Virus record (IMG/VR): IMGVR_UViG_3300049473_000108
Location: 1 to 57,880 of that record
Strand: one strand, 5' to 3'
DNA from: a virus
Taxonomy: Duplodnaviria > Caudoviricetes
Length of the DNA stretch: 57,880 nt
The notes beneath the pieces are model-generated. The model saw nothing but the letters and a program-made list of their open reading frames with translations, did no database searches and was not told where the DNA came from. Of this stretch, positions 1-10,718 are shown piece by piece. The stretch's first letter is position 1; the number at the start of each line of letters is the position of its first letter. A program made the translations under genes and the position numbers.

Positions 1-127
1 TTTATCTCTGGAGGCATTTCCTCAACCAACCCCCATTTGTCCTCTAGTTTCCACATTCGCTCTTGCAGAGCATTCGCCCTATCCTGAGCTATTTTCTGTT
101 CAAGGCGAATGGAAAGTTCCTGGACAT
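1..127. repeat. Terminal direct repeat, copy 1 (identical to 57754-57880); circular contig overlap
   Basis: 1-127 (tttatctctg...cctggacat) is identical to the last 127 nt, and an ORF reads uninterrupted across the junction. Confidence 0.95.
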
Positions 128-224
128 TTTTGGCCTTAGCCCAGCGGTTATCGAATTGAGAGAGAATGCCAAGGAGTACAGATAGAGATATTATTAAGCT
201 CAGAATTAGGCTAAACTTCTTCAC
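1..224 (-). CDS. Junction-spanning ~95-aa protein (GTG at 224, continuing through 57753 to TAA at 57691-57693); N-terminal TM helix plus coiled coil, possible inner-membrane spanin-like protein
   Basis: Manual translation MKKFSLILSLIISLSVLLGILSQFDNRWAKAKNVQELSIRLEQKIAQDRANALQERMWKLEDKWG...IENLRGA*; the stop abuts the ATG at 57690. Confidence 0.7.
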   Translation of the reverse strand, partial: MKKFSLILSLIISLSVLLGILSQFDNRWAKAKNVQELSIRLEQKIAQDRANALQERMWKLEDKWGLVEEMPPEI

Positions 225-237
225 ATTTTCAAGGATT

Positions 238-687
238 TTAATCTGCATCAGCCCATGCTCCGATGCGCCCAGTTGAAAGCCATTGAGTTGAATTGATTCC
301 TACAAGTGTTATCCCTGAGCCTACGGTGGCATCACTGCTGATTTTGTCGCCGTTCGCATTAGTCAAGACTAGAATTCTCTCCGAGCCGTTAGGGTCTATG
401 TCGATATCATAGGCTGCTGTAAGCAGAATACTTACTTTCATGTTGGTCGCAACATCTGGCAGGCTCGCAGTTATTGCACCCGTAGCTCCTGTATTCGTGA
501 AAATGTAATTCCCTGACTTAGCCTGGGTCGCTGTTATCTCAAAATTGGTGGCATTATCGACAATGATTGGCGGTCCTGAGGTGCCTGAATTCTGCGGTGT
601 CCCGCCTACTATCTCAAGCGCCGTCGCGGAGACTTGCAGGAAAAAGAGACTCGCCACCAACATAGTTAGAAATGTTAGCTTTTTCAT
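238..687 (-). CDS. Signal-peptide-bearing beta-rich protein (likely start MKKLTF at 687)
   Basis: GGAGG upstream; hydrophobic N-terminus ending in an ATA-like cleavage site; T/G/D-rich beta-type body. Confidence 0.65.
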   Translation of the reverse strand: MKKLTFLTMLVASLFFLQVSATALEIVGGTPQNSGTSGPPIIVDNATNFEITATQAKSGNYIFTNTGATGAITASLPDVATNMKVSILLTAAYDIDIDPNGSERILVLTNANGDKISSDATVGSGITLVGINSTQWLSTGRIGAWADAD

Positions 688-688
688 C

Positions 689-1270
689 TTATCTCGCCCT
701 CCTCCAGAATGCCTCGAGACCGAAAGTTCTGGCGTTCGTGTTTGTCCACGCAAAGACAAGCATGTCATCATCGTTATAGAACGGAATTGCCTCTGCGTCC
801 GATATCCTCCAGATAACATTTTGGATTGTATTCATGTCCTTGCTATAGACCAGTGCATCATATTCTGCCCCGTCACCTGAATCCACCGTGGCTGTCAGAT
901 TCTCGGCTGTTGCGGAGGCGGCACTAAGATGGAGTTTAAACCCTCCGAACTTGAAGGGAACCCCAGGGGCAACCACTGGCCCTACGGTTTCGGTCCCCGC
1001 AAAGGTCTCAGCCGCATAAGTCCAGCCAAAGGTAAAATCATTCGTGTCAACGGCGAGAAGCTTATGCAGCCCGTCATAGTTCGTACTTCCTCGGATGTAA
1101 ACCTCGCTGTTCACTTTGTAACCGTGCCCCGTGCAGGTCACCTTCACAAGGCCGCCACCCACGTCCACTGCCGCTGCATTATCAAGCACGGTGGAAAGGG
1201 CTCCTGTTCCTGCTACAATGAGCCGTTCTTCGACTAAATAATGCTCATCCCATACTATTGGTGTTGACAT
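689..1270 (-). CDS. Putative virion structural protein
   Basis: 193 aa; VKVTCTGHGY..VYIRGS..YDG small beta module typical of phage tail proteins; follows the ejection protein genes. Confidence 0.6.
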   Translation of the reverse strand: MSTPIVWDEHYLVEERLIVAGTGALSTVLDNAAAVDVGGGLVKVTCTGHGYKVNSEVYIRGSTNYDGLHKLLAVDTNDFTFGWTYAAETFAGTETVGPVVAPGVPFKFGGFKLHLSAASATAENLTATVDSGDGAEYDALVYSKDMNTIQNVIWRISDAEAIPFYNDDDMLVFAWTNTNARTFGLEAFWRRAR

Positions 1271-1271
1271 T

Positions 1272-4200
1272 TTATCCTCCTGTTGCCCTTCGTTTTAGAC
1301 TTTCTGAGGCTGCTTCACTCTTGATTATATTTACTCCTTTCTTGGCCACGGTTGACCAGGAAATGGGAATTCCTTTTTCTCCTAGCTGTCTTTGCCTGTC
1401 GTTATATCTCTCTATCCTATCTTTGAGCGCAAAAAAAGAACCGCCTTCTTTTTTCAGCCTCACCCATTCTTCGACAAACTCATCAGTCATTTTCTTCTTA
1501 GTCGGATAGGTCGTTGCCGTATAAAGGCCCAGATTCCGGGTTATTGTGTCAAAACCATCTATCTCGCCTTGCAGCATGGCGAGGAAGTTCTGGACCTGAA
1601 CGGGCGTAACGCCTCTCAGTTGATTGATTATGTAGGAAGGAACCTGTGACGGGGATATGGCCCACCCTATGCGTCCGCTAGGCGCAACGGTTTTCCAGCG
1701 CAGTCTTCCGCCTTTCCGCTCGCCGAGTTTGTGTTCTTTCGTGGTTGTGAGATAAAGTCCCTTATCATCAAAACCCAGTATCTCATCAAGCGTCGTGAAT
1801 CTCTGTCCCTTCCAATCAGTCCCCGTAAATGCCTCAAATATGGTCCTGAACAATACAGATCCCTTGTTTTTCATGGATCTAAAGGGATGTATTATAAATT
1901 TCAGGGGATCAGTAAAATGTCCAAAAAGGTTAAAATATTTGCGCGCTTCTGTCTTACCACCAAGCAGCTTGTAAATCGGTGTCACGTCTATATACAGCCA
2001 CCTGAAGTACCCAGCTTTCCAGGCCTTTTTGAATCGACTGGTGAAATCATCATCTTTATCCAACAACGAAAGCAGGAAGTTCGTAAGAAGCGTAGCCGTA
2101 AGCCCTTTCGTTATAACTGACGCCCAGAATCTACGGTAAAGCCCAGTCTTTGCTTTATCGCCCGATTTGAAGGACTTCCACATCGTATTGACATTACTTT
2201 CGGTCCAGTCGGGTGCCAATGCAAACAGCCTATAAAGGTGTTGCATGGTTGGATCGCGCTTCATCCTTCCGAGATGCAGACCACCAAAGTCATCGTTTAC
2301 CAGCTCAGCTACCATTTTTGCCCGTTCCTCGGGCTGCATCTCAGGATGCTCTTTCAGTGCATTCCTATACTCGATAAGCGCAGCCTGCGCTTTCAAGCCT
2401 GCTCCGAAATTTCGGAAAAGGAAATCTGCCTGTCGCCGTCTGAGTTCGTTGGCCCAGTCCACAAATTCCTTCCCATACTTACTCTTGCTCAATACGCGCC
2501 CGAAAATGGTATCTTCCTCCTCAAGGATGGACTCTTCCCAGTCTTGCATCCTGCCCAGTGTGAGCCCATTTCTGACAAGTAATTCGATCTCAGGTCTCAT
2601 CTCTTTGATGGCTTTGAGGCCTTCCTTGTACATCCTGAACGGATTCCATTCATAAACGGTCTTGTGCCTAGTCCCGAACAGATAGGAGCGCATGAAGGCT
2701 TGGTGGTGGAAAAATGATGTAAGGAGAATCGTAGATTTAAACACGGCATTGTATTTAGTCAGGGCATCGATTAGCGAGATACCCCCGATTTCCCATCTGC
2801 CTTTCAGCTTCGAGACTCCGAGAATCTTATTCAACTGCTTGGCGACCTCGTCAGGAGCATAAAGCTTCTGCCGTTTCCAAATCGTTCTTCTCTCTTCTAT
2901 TCGGAATTGCCCCGGCTTATCCTGACCCTGTATGAAAAGGTTTGCCTCCTCTTCGCTTTCAAACAGCTTCGTTGCCCTCGTATTTCCTTCCTTTATGGCT
3001 CCCCAAAAAGTCATAACTCGGAAGTCCCTGCCGTATGTACGGGCCTTTCCGCCTTTGATGTAACCCACTGGCGCCCAATAGGTGAAATTCGGATGTTCTA
3101 TCCCGGTATATCCTTCAAGCTGTTTGTCTGAGATGACAGGTTCCCCAGTATCTCTCCATTCGAGCGTTCGCAATTCCTTGACCAGAGCTCTATCTTCAAC
3201 AGTCCGCGCAATTTCATTTTTCAGAAGTTCCAGGTTATTTGACGCCCCAGTGACAAGCAGTTCATAGCCATGCGCCTGACCTTCAAGTATGGTCTCAAAG
3301 ACGCGATGCTTTGCATGTCGGCTGCTCGTCTTGAATTTCTGAAGGACGTCAGTCGAGAGTTTTTTCGGTATCTTCCATGCCCTTGCAACATAGTTGTCTA
3401 TGGTATTAAAAATGACGTTGTTCCCCAGGGCGCGTACTCCCGTTTTTTCATATTCCTCTGAGATGTACTTGGCTATGGCCCTCAGCCCAGGTTCCTGTGC
3501 AACTCTGCGCGTCAGATCTACGATCCGCTTTTGCTCATCAGTCAGATCCCAATAATATTCTTCAAGGTGCTCAGGATTTCTTTTCAAATCGAGGTAGATG
3601 TGAATGGCTTGGTCAATATCCCTTGCCTCGGCATCATACCGCTTTTTACCTAAGGCATCCTTTATAGCATCCTGTATCTTGGAGCATTGAATACTATTAA
3701 CTTGAACGGCCCAATCCTTATTACCGAACCAATCGTCTTTCGCGGTCTCAAAATTCGAGGGCTCCTTGGGCCTGTCTTCTGCCTTTGGGATGTCTCTATA
3801 GTATTTACGGTCATATTCCTTTCCTGCCTTTGCCACTTCTTCCTTGTCGGCTATTTCCTTTAGGGCTGTTTTCACATACTGGGCGGCCCATGCGCTCATT
3901 TCCTCGGGCGTTTCGGGAGGTTTTACCGTAATTGCCCCTGTTTCTTCTTTCAACAGCTTCGTGGCATCCCTCCATACCCGCATCATCAGGCCCCTGATTT
4001 TTTCCCAGGCATTAGCAAACGCGCTTTTCATCCTGCGGGCGAAATCAGAGTATTTTCTATGCCCCTCCCTGATGAAGTCTTTACCAACGGTCACGAGATT
4101 ATCGTATATCGTGCCTTCTTTGGCTTTTGCAAAAGAAATGGCCCCGGTTTCATCCTGAAGTTGGTCAGATAGGATCTTGACGAGGGTGGAGGAAGGTTTC

Positions 4201-7200
4201 CTTGCAGGTTTCCCCCTTACTTCCTTAAGTTGCCAGCGCACCGTCTTTGGCTCTCTATCTCTTATTTTTTCGGCTTCCATCAACGTAGCAACTTGCTCAG
4301 CAGTTTTAGGTGCGGCCTTTTGCGATTTCTCCTCCAGATAGGAGGCCTGCCAATCTAGCCATTCGGAGTCAGATAATTCTGACTTATCTACTATTTCGTG
4401 TGGCTCGGATTTTAGGACGTAGGATTCGTGTTTTTGCCTGCTGAGGCTCCTGGTTAAATAGCGGTCCTCAGTTTCATCGATAATTTGAGCTACGCCTGAT
4501 CTTGACCTTATAAGTTTTGACTGGTGAAGTGCTTTTCTGGCAGGTTCTTTTTTTGCGGGGGGCTTTGAGATTTCCTCGAAATAGTCTCTCAGCTCTTGGT
4601 AGGTTGTTTCCTCGTCTGGATACGTCTGTGCAGAAATTTCAGCATCAAGGCCTTTCTCAGCTCTTGCAATCTGCTTGTCGGTATAGCCTTGGTTTCTGAG
4701 TTCTTGTCGGGCATGTTCGATAGCTCCTTCAATGAATTCCTTTTCCGTTGTGGGTTCAGCAGGAATTCTTGTTATTCTCCCCTTTATATCATTTTCCTGA
4801 GCAGATTTCAAGTCTCTTTCTATAAGTTCAAGGAGATGGTCTTCGTCTCTTACATCGAATCCCTGCTCTCTTGCATCTCTCACCACCACATCAAGGGATT
4901 TGCCGTTTTTCCTTAGGAATCCTGGGGGAATGCCCCTCACAAGTTTCTTTTTGCCTCTGGCATCCGTGGTGTAGATAATGTCCCTTATTTCGCCTGACAG
5001 GATTGTGGGATTAACTCCTCCCGCTGCGGCAATCCAGGGAACTAGGTATTCCTGTTGTGCGGCCTTTTTTCTGCGTGTCTCACGCATCGCCATCTCCGCC
5101 TCAGCCGCCTTTGCCCTCGCCTCTTCGATTGTCACACCGGGACCCTCCATCTCAGGCTTAGCGTGTTCCCATTTTCCGTATTTTGTCACGGGAAAGCCTT
5201 TCTTTCCTCCCTCAAAGAAAGCAAGGACTGCCCCGCTTCGGACCCTTGCAACTCTGTCTATTTTGCCAGTGGTAACTTCCCCCGTTTTCGCATTGGTATA
5301 TTTATACCAGCCGCCTTTTGTTGGCCTTACAGAGATTTCTTTAGCTTCTCTAGGGGATACTTCAGCCTTCGCTGGCTTTTCTTCCTTGACCCTTACCTCA
5401 GGTATTGCTTTTGCCTTTTCTTCGATTCTAGGGGGTATTTTGGCCCTTTCTTTGGCATAGGCAATCATTTCCCTTTGCAACTCAGGATTTTCCCGCCACA
5501 TTCGTTTCCATTCGGTAGTGCCGGGGGTGAGGTCAACATATGGCTTTGCAGCCGCTTTTCTTGCGGCCCTTTTTATTGCCACTCGTTCTCTGGCTTCTTT
5601 CACCGATATCGAAGTTCTTCTGTTCAACTCATCATTAACTGCCACCATTCTTCGGGCATCTTCGGGAGATAGATGCTCAATACCAGCTTCTCCAAATCTT
5701 TGGCGCTCGGGATGGAGTCTATTTAATCGCTCTGTTTCTGCTGCAATTTTCTTATCAAATGCAGCAGATTCGTTCTGCAATTCTTGAATATTCATCTCCC
5801 ACGGTTCTTTTTCCGCTGTGGGCTTGAGCTCAGGATATTCCTCCAAGATCTTAGCGGGAACTGGTTTGCCTTCGGAGAGGGCTTGTTGGACAAATCTTTG
5901 ATGCTCAAATTCTAAGACTGCTTCTGGTGTTTTAAATGTTTTTGTTTTATCTAAAGGCGTAACATATACAACTTTACCCGCGAATTTTCGTGTTTCAACG
6001 GCAATTTGAGTAGGCTTCGCTTTAAACCATTCCTCTCTCGTCATCTCCCATGGCTGCTTTTCTGCTTTGGGTTCAGGTTTTTCAACCTTGACCCTTGCTA
6101 GTTCTGACGGAGGCGGTACCTTCTCTTCAGCAACGACTTCGGGGACCTTTGCAATTTCCTCAGCCTCAGCTTTTGGCCTAATCCCTGTAGGGCCTGCCTC
6201 TACTTCTTCCCATTCCTCGGGCAAAGGCTGATATCGTGCCATTTCCTCAGCTTCCGCTCCGCGTGCTTCCTCTTCTGCGAGCTGCTGACGCAACAATCTG
6301 CGGCCTTCCTCGGACCTTCGCAGTTCCTCTGCTTGGCCAAGCTGCTCCTCAAGGACACGTGCAGATTCCTGGGCTGGCTTGGTAAGGGGGCCTACAACCT
6401 CGGTGAGTTCTATGACCTCCTCTGGCAGAGTTGCCGCTAACCTGTCAATCTCTTTGCCTACGGCATTATCCCCAGGGAAATGTTCCGCCCTTAATCGTTC
6501 AAGCATCGGACGGGTTAGTGCGCCTGCCTTGACATCTTTTTCAACCTTGCTGATAAGTCCTGACTGCTCAGGGGTGAGTGCTTCGAGCAGGTCAATGGGG
6601 GCTTCTTCTTCCACCTCGGGCGCTGTTGGGATTGCTTCTTCCTTGGCTCTTGCCCCTATGTCATAGGCTCGGCTTCCGATTGCGCCTAGCCCTCCTGTAA
6701 CGGTTGTAAGCAGCGTTGTTTGGGGATACTGTTCCTTGGCAGCTTGTGCCAAGCGTCCAAGTCTCGTTTCAGGAACGGGTTTACGCAATCCGGCTTCTGC
6801 CTCGATTGCAGCCTGCCCATATTGAGTGACGGTTTCCTGAGCCTGCTCGCCCACTTGCATTGCCCCGTACTTAGAACCAACGGTTGCCAAGGTGCGTGCG
6901 AACCGGTTTCTTATTGCGGGAATCTTGAGGAATTTAAGAATCGGCAGTTTCCCTACGGGTAGCCTGATAATCTTTAAACCTGCAGCCTGGCCTATCGCCT
7001 CTGGTATTGCCTCCCATAAGCCATAATCTCTGGCCTTGGCCTCGTATTTTTCTCGTATGGAATCCCATTCATTCTCAGTGATTTCCCTTTTTTGATTTTT
7101 GAGACATTCCTGGCTAACCAAATCATAGAGGTCCGATACGAACTGGTCTTTAGCCATACGGTATGCGGCTACTCCAGATGCGGCAGTCCCCGCCGTCCAG

Positions 7201-7880
7201 GCTAAAGCTCTCGCACCTGGCACAGGGACTGCAGCGGTAGGGATGCCAACACCTAAACCCGCAAGCATACTTGTTACGGTGTAGCCAAGTTGTTGGGGGA
7301 GTCGAGCAACGTCTTCAACTGTGATGCCGGGAGCAACCAAGTTTTTAGTTCCGTGTTCTTTTACGAACGCCTCCGAACGCCTTTTGGTGCTTTCAATAAA
7401 TTCATCGGACCAACCTTTCTCTAGGTCGATATCACCTGCTCGAATAGCGGACATGACAGAAGCGGCCATTTCCTCTGGCACACGTAATAAGGCTCTGCCT
7501 AGTGTCTTAAATCCTTTGCCTACGGCATATTCTTTTTCCTGTGCCGCAGCACGCATACCCATAAGCCTTGCCTCTTCAGGCCAGATTTTTTCGTATTCTT
7601 CGGGCGGGGTTTCCTCCCATTCCGGCCCAAGCTCTGGAGGTTTTGCTGGTTGAATTGCGGGCTGTGGTTGCTGAGCAATAAGTCCCATTTGCTGCACAGA
7701 AGGCGTAGCTGGCGCTGTTCGCCTCAGAGGCTGTTGGGCTGGCTTTTCGGCTACACTCGGCTCAAGCCCGAGGATTTCCCTTTGGGCCTCCTCCGGGGTA
7801 AATTCCTCCCATTCAGGCCCTAGACTCTCCGGGGCGGGGATGAATCGTCTATCTCGTGGTGTTAATCCAAGTCCGTTCAT
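1272..7880 (-). CDS. Large internal virion (DNA ejection) protein, 2202 aa
   Basis: Size and position after the nozzle and two other internal proteins; hydrophobic Gly/Ala segment near the N-terminus, charged linker, helical C-terminal region. Confidence 0.75.
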   Translation of the reverse strand: MNGLGLTPRDRRFIPAPESLGPEWEEFTPEEAQREILGLEPSVAEKPAQQPLRRTAPATPSVQQMGLIAQQPQPAIQPAKPPELGPEWEETPPEEYEKIWPEEARLMGMRAAAQEKEYAVGKGFKTLGRALLRVPEEMAASVMSAIRAGDIDLEKGWSDEFIESTKRRSEAFVKEHGTKNLVAPGITVEDVARLPQQLGYTVTSMLAGLGVGIPTAAVPVPGARALAWTAGTAASGVAAYRMAKDQFVSDLYDLVSQECLKNQKREITENEWDSIREKYEAKARDYGLWEAIPEAIGQAAGLKIIRLPVGKLPILKFLKIPAIRNRFARTLATVGSKYGAMQVGEQAQETVTQYGQAAIEAEAGLRKPVPETRLGRLAQAAKEQYPQTTLLTTVTGGLGAIGSRAYDIGARAKEEAIPTAPEVEEEAPIDLLEALTPEQSGLISKVEKDVKAGALTRPMLERLRAEHFPGDNAVGKEIDRLAATLPEEVIELTEVVGPLTKPAQESARVLEEQLGQAEELRRSEEGRRLLRQQLAEEEARGAEAEEMARYQPLPEEWEEVEAGPTGIRPKAEAEEIAKVPEVVAEEKVPPPSELARVKVEKPEPKAEKQPWEMTREEWFKAKPTQIAVETRKFAGKVVYVTPLDKTKTFKTPEAVLEFEHQRFVQQALSEGKPVPAKILEEYPELKPTAEKEPWEMNIQELQNESAAFDKKIAAETERLNRLHPERQRFGEAGIEHLSPEDARRMVAVNDELNRRTSISVKEARERVAIKRAARKAAAKPYVDLTPGTTEWKRMWRENPELQREMIAYAKERAKIPPRIEEKAKAIPEVRVKEEKPAKAEVSPREAKEISVRPTKGGWYKYTNAKTGEVTTGKIDRVARVRSGAVLAFFEGGKKGFPVTKYGKWEHAKPEMEGPGVTIEEARAKAAEAEMAMRETRRKKAAQQEYLVPWIAAAGGVNPTILSGEIRDIIYTTDARGKKKLVRGIPPGFLRKNGKSLDVVVRDAREQGFDVRDEDHLLELIERDLKSAQENDIKGRITRIPAEPTTEKEFIEGAIEHARQELRNQGYTDKQIARAEKGLDAEISAQTYPDEETTYQELRDYFEEISKPPAKKEPARKALHQSKLIRSRSGVAQIIDETEDRYLTRSLSRQKHESYVLKSEPHEIVDKSELSDSEWLDWQASYLEEKSQKAAPKTAEQVATLMEAEKIRDREPKTVRWQLKEVRGKPARKPSSTLVKILSDQLQDETGAISFAKAKEGTIYDNLVTVGKDFIREGHRKYSDFARRMKSAFANAWEKIRGLMMRVWRDATKLLKEETGAITVKPPETPEEMSAWAAQYVKTALKEIADKEEVAKAGKEYDRKYYRDIPKAEDRPKEPSNFETAKDDWFGNKDWAVQVNSIQCSKIQDAIKDALGKKRYDAEARDIDQAIHIYLDLKRNPEHLEEYYWDLTDEQKRIVDLTRRVAQEPGLRAIAKYISEEYEKTGVRALGNNVIFNTIDNYVARAWKIPKKLSTDVLQKFKTSSRHAKHRVFETILEGQAHGYELLVTGASNNLELLKNEIARTVEDRALVKELRTLEWRDTGEPVISDKQLEGYTGIEHPNFTYWAPVGYIKGGKARTYGRDFRVMTFWGAIKEGNTRATKLFESEEEANLFIQGQDKPGQFRIEERRTIWKRQKLYAPDEVAKQLNKILGVSKLKGRWEIGGISLIDALTKYNAVFKSTILLTSFFHHQAFMRSYLFGTRHKTVYEWNPFRMYKEGLKAIKEMRPEIELLVRNGLTLGRMQDWEESILEEEDTIFGRVLSKSKYGKEFVDWANELRRRQADFLFRNFGAGLKAQAALIEYRNALKEHPEMQPEERAKMVAELVNDDFGGLHLGRMKRDPTMQHLYRLFALAPDWTESNVNTMWKSFKSGDKAKTGLYRRFWASVITKGLTATLLTNFLLSLLDKDDDFTSRFKKAWKAGYFRWLYIDVTPIYKLLGGKTEARKYFNLFGHFTDPLKFIIHPFRSMKNKGSVLFRTIFEAFTGTDWKGQRFTTLDEILGFDDKGLYLTTTKEHKLGERKGGRLRWKTVAPSGRIGWAISPSQVPSYIINQLRGVTPVQVQNFLAMLQGEIDGFDTITRNLGLYTATTYPTKKKMTDEFVEEWVRLKKEGGSFFALKDRIERYNDRQRQLGEKGIPISWSTVAKKGVNIIKSEAASESLKRRATGG

Positions 7881-9742
7881 CTCTTTTTCTTCTTTTTCTT
7901 CCTTCTGCGAGTTGTAGGTTCTACTATACCTTGGGCCTTCTGTTCTCCGGGTTGGGCAAATGGACTCTTACCTTCTGTAATCCTTCCCTTCGCATGGTCA
8001 ACTGCTTTCCTATAGACGGCCTGGCCCGTAGGCGTTGTCAACAGGTCGCTATCCGAAGGCGATTTGGTGAGCAAGTAATTTATCTCGTCCTTTGTCAACG
8101 TGGGCACAAGTAAGGGTATCTCGGTCTCGCCTTGCCCAAAATCCACACCAACAGATATTTCAGTTGATACCCCGCCTTGAGCCCTTTTAAGTTCGCCAAA
8201 GTAGCCAGGACCTTTTTCCCTGGGCATCTTCATTTTATAGACAGCGCCACTGGGCGGAGTAATTTCCACTTGTCTGCCATCGGGGTAAAGCTGAATCCAT
8301 TTGTCGGTTTCCTTATTGTGAAAGACCCTAACTCCGGGTTCTGCCTGGGGTTGAAACTTTTCCGAAGGTGGTGTAACCCCTCCTGGGACTTGCGAAGGCT
8401 TGATCGGTTCCTGTTGTGGGGGAAGCACGCGGTTTACGTATTCCTCAATGTAGTCTTGCATATTTGGGATCTCTGACATATCGGCATTCAAGGCCCTTTT
8501 TGCTGTCTCCAGTTCTGCGCCGCGTAGGGTCCCCTCTCGCTCATCGCGCTGGATTATGTACATTTGTCTGCGATTGGCCGCTTCGCGTTCGCCAAATACC
8601 CTATTATATTCCTTAACGGCAGCGCCCCTGATGGCCGCTATATTGCGTTCAGTTAATTCACCTTTTGGCACGTCGGTGAGTCCCTCGACATGGTGGAATT
8701 GATTCTCGGTATCTATCCAGCCCACTCTGCCGTCGGCAAGTTTAACCCAGCTAGCCGCACTTACTGCCGTTGGTTTGCGAGCACCTGGACGTGCCCTTAG
8801 GCCAGCCACTATCTCGCGCTGCTCTGTTGTGGGCTTGGTTATTCCTAAACCATAGAGTTTTGTCATCTCAGGGGACATCGGGGGAGCTGGGCTTCCGTAA
8901 GGAACTATTTCCTTTACTACAGTCCCCTCTTCATTGACCCTGTGTCTGGCTATCCAGTATTTTCCATCCTGTCCTAAATACGGTTTTTCCGTGGCATTCC
9001 TATCCGCTGCTTCTTGCTGTGCCCTGGTGTATTCAGTTCTTTCCTTTTCCGACATGCCACGACCGGCACCAACGCCACCGAACATTGCATTGTATTGCTC
9101 AAGGCTGAGTGTTTGCCTCTGTATCTTGCCATTCTTATCCTTCTGGAAAAGCCTGTAGCCTGTAATGTTGCCTTGTTTATCCTTCAGCACTTCAGGATTT
9201 ATTGCCTGTTGTTCATTGAATGTCCGGATTCCCTCCTGGAGATTCATCATAGTCTTGATGTAGGTCTGAGGCTGTAGAAATGCGAGGGCCTGCATCAGGT
9301 ATTCATCTACTGCCTCCTTGGTATTGCGATGTGGGATGAACTTATCCTTGCCCTCAGGCGTATTGACCTGCACTACAAGTTCCTCGTTTGCCCATGCACT
9401 ACCTGGGTAACCGTAAGCAAATCCGGCCTGCGCCGCTTTTTTGGGCTGATGGATTGCTTTGATTTCTACGCCGTCCGGGATGCGCTTATAGATATTTTGC
9501 AGTCGGGCTAAGGCTGGCTCGTCCTGGCCTTGCTTGTGTAGTTCAAAAGCAGCAGCCAAGTCCTCAAGGCTTTGCTTTTGATTTCTTAGCATCTCGCGTT
9601 CTTCTTCCTGGGCCTTTGCCTCTTTCTCACGTAACCCGAACTGCCTTTCCCAGCGCTCGACATCCCCTGCGCTTTCTATTGCCCTTATGCCAAGGGGCAC
9701 GCCCTGCTGAAATCCCCGTGTCATTCCTTCCCAGAAAGGCAT
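7877..9742 (-). CDS. Internal virion/ejection protein, 621 aa
   Basis: Synteny; Q/E/R-rich helical sequence; basic C-terminal tail; overlaps the next gene (ATGA). Confidence 0.65.
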   Translation of the reverse strand: MPFWEGMTRGFQQGVPLGIRAIESAGDVERWERQFGLREKEAKAQEEEREMLRNQKQSLEDLAAAFELHKQGQDEPALARLQNIYKRIPDGVEIKAIHQPKKAAQAGFAYGYPGSAWANEELVVQVNTPEGKDKFIPHRNTKEAVDEYLMQALAFLQPQTYIKTMMNLQEGIRTFNEQQAINPEVLKDKQGNITGYRLFQKDKNGKIQRQTLSLEQYNAMFGGVGAGRGMSEKERTEYTRAQQEAADRNATEKPYLGQDGKYWIARHRVNEEGTVVKEIVPYGSPAPPMSPEMTKLYGLGITKPTTEQREIVAGLRARPGARKPTAVSAASWVKLADGRVGWIDTENQFHHVEGLTDVPKGELTERNIAAIRGAAVKEYNRVFGEREAANRRQMYIIQRDEREGTLRGAELETAKRALNADMSEIPNMQDYIEEYVNRVLPPQQEPIKPSQVPGGVTPPSEKFQPQAEPGVRVFHNKETDKWIQLYPDGRQVEITPPSGAVYKMKMPREKGPGYFGELKRAQGGVSTEISVGVDFGQGETEIPLLVPTLTKDEINYLLTKSPSDSDLLTTPTGQAVYRKAVDHAKGRITEGKSPFAQPGEQKAQGIVEPTTRRRKKKKKKR

Positions 9743-9754
9743 TTTATTTTCTCC

Positions 9755-10717
9755 TTAATAGAGCGTTTTCTGGGCTAATCCGTAGCCCAGACCACCAGTG
9801 TAAGCTCCTGCTCCGTACCCAAGCGCCGTCCCAGCAAATCCCCAGAAATCATTACCGCCACTGGTTGTCTGCGTGGTCCCAGTGTTATATTTCGCCATGC
9901 CGGGGACGTTGGCTTGAATGGCTTGCCCATAGAGTTGTGCAGCCCTATCAGCAGCGTTCTGGAGCGTATATCCTCCGAGTTGTGTTGCAGCGGTCTGGTA
10001 AGGAGTTGCACTGGTAGCCCCCGCCGCTGTGCTTTCCACACCGGGCAATCCTGTTGCTCTTCCTCGAACACCCATGGCGGTTTGCAAACGACCAAAGCTT
10101 TCTGTCTCTGCCCCGCGTCTTGCCAGGGTCCTCGCCCCTCCGATACTTTTTGCCCGCTGGTAAAGCAAATCTTCCAGGGCTTCTGCCTGCCTGGCCGAAC
10201 CAGGCATAACCCCGGCTCTAGCAAGTTCTCTGCTCATAATGCCTCTTGTGCCAGCATACCCCTGTTCAATGTCAGCCTGGGCTTCTGCCATGCGTTGACC
10301 GACATCCACTCCCTCAAGGGCCTGACGGTAAAACTCTGCGCTAACTGGTGCAGCCTGCTCAAGTTCTGCTAATTGTTGCTGAACAAGGGCCTCTTTCACG
10401 GGTCTGCCCATCTCGATGTCTCGTATTTGTTCTTCAAGGCCAAGGCGCGTTGCTTCCTCTCTTGGAGCTGCAAGTCTCGCCTGCGCCCCATATTCCGCTT
10501 CCATCATCTGCTGATAGTAAGGCAATACCGCTCGGTTTGTGCTGACAAGCTCCTGCTCATAGGGGGCAAAGATATTTTGATAAGTGCCCCATTGCTGTTC
10601 AGCTAGTTGCTGCGACCGCTCGGCAACCGCGGCCATGCGTCTTGCAGCTTCGGGATCTACTTGAGAGACCTGCGTAGTTTCAGTGACGGTTGTTTCTCCG
10701 CCTTTTCCTCCCCCCAT
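9755..10717 (-). CDS. Internal virion (pilot-type) protein, 320 aa
   Basis: MGGGKGG N-terminus, Ala/Gln-rich body and Gly-rich hydrophobic C-terminus typical of podovirus ejection proteins. Confidence 0.7.
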   Translation of the reverse strand: MGGGKGGETTVTETTQVSQVDPEAARRMAAVAERSQQLAEQQWGTYQNIFAPYEQELVSTNRAVLPYYQQMMEAEYGAQARLAAPREEATRLGLEEQIRDIEMGRPVKEALVQQQLAELEQAAPVSAEFYRQALEGVDVGQRMAEAQADIEQGYAGTRGIMSRELARAGVMPGSARQAEALEDLLYQRAKSIGGARTLARRGAETESFGRLQTAMGVRGRATGLPGVESTAAGATSATPYQTAATQLGGYTLQNAADRAAQLYGQAIQANVPGMAKYNTGTTQTTSGGNDFWGFAGTALGYGAGAYTGGLGYGLAQKTLY

Positions 10718-10718
10718 C

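Noticed and set aside
1-127. 127-bp terminal repeat as a biological DTR
   Set aside because: The length equals a common assembler k-mer and it falls mid-ORF; best read as circular overlap.
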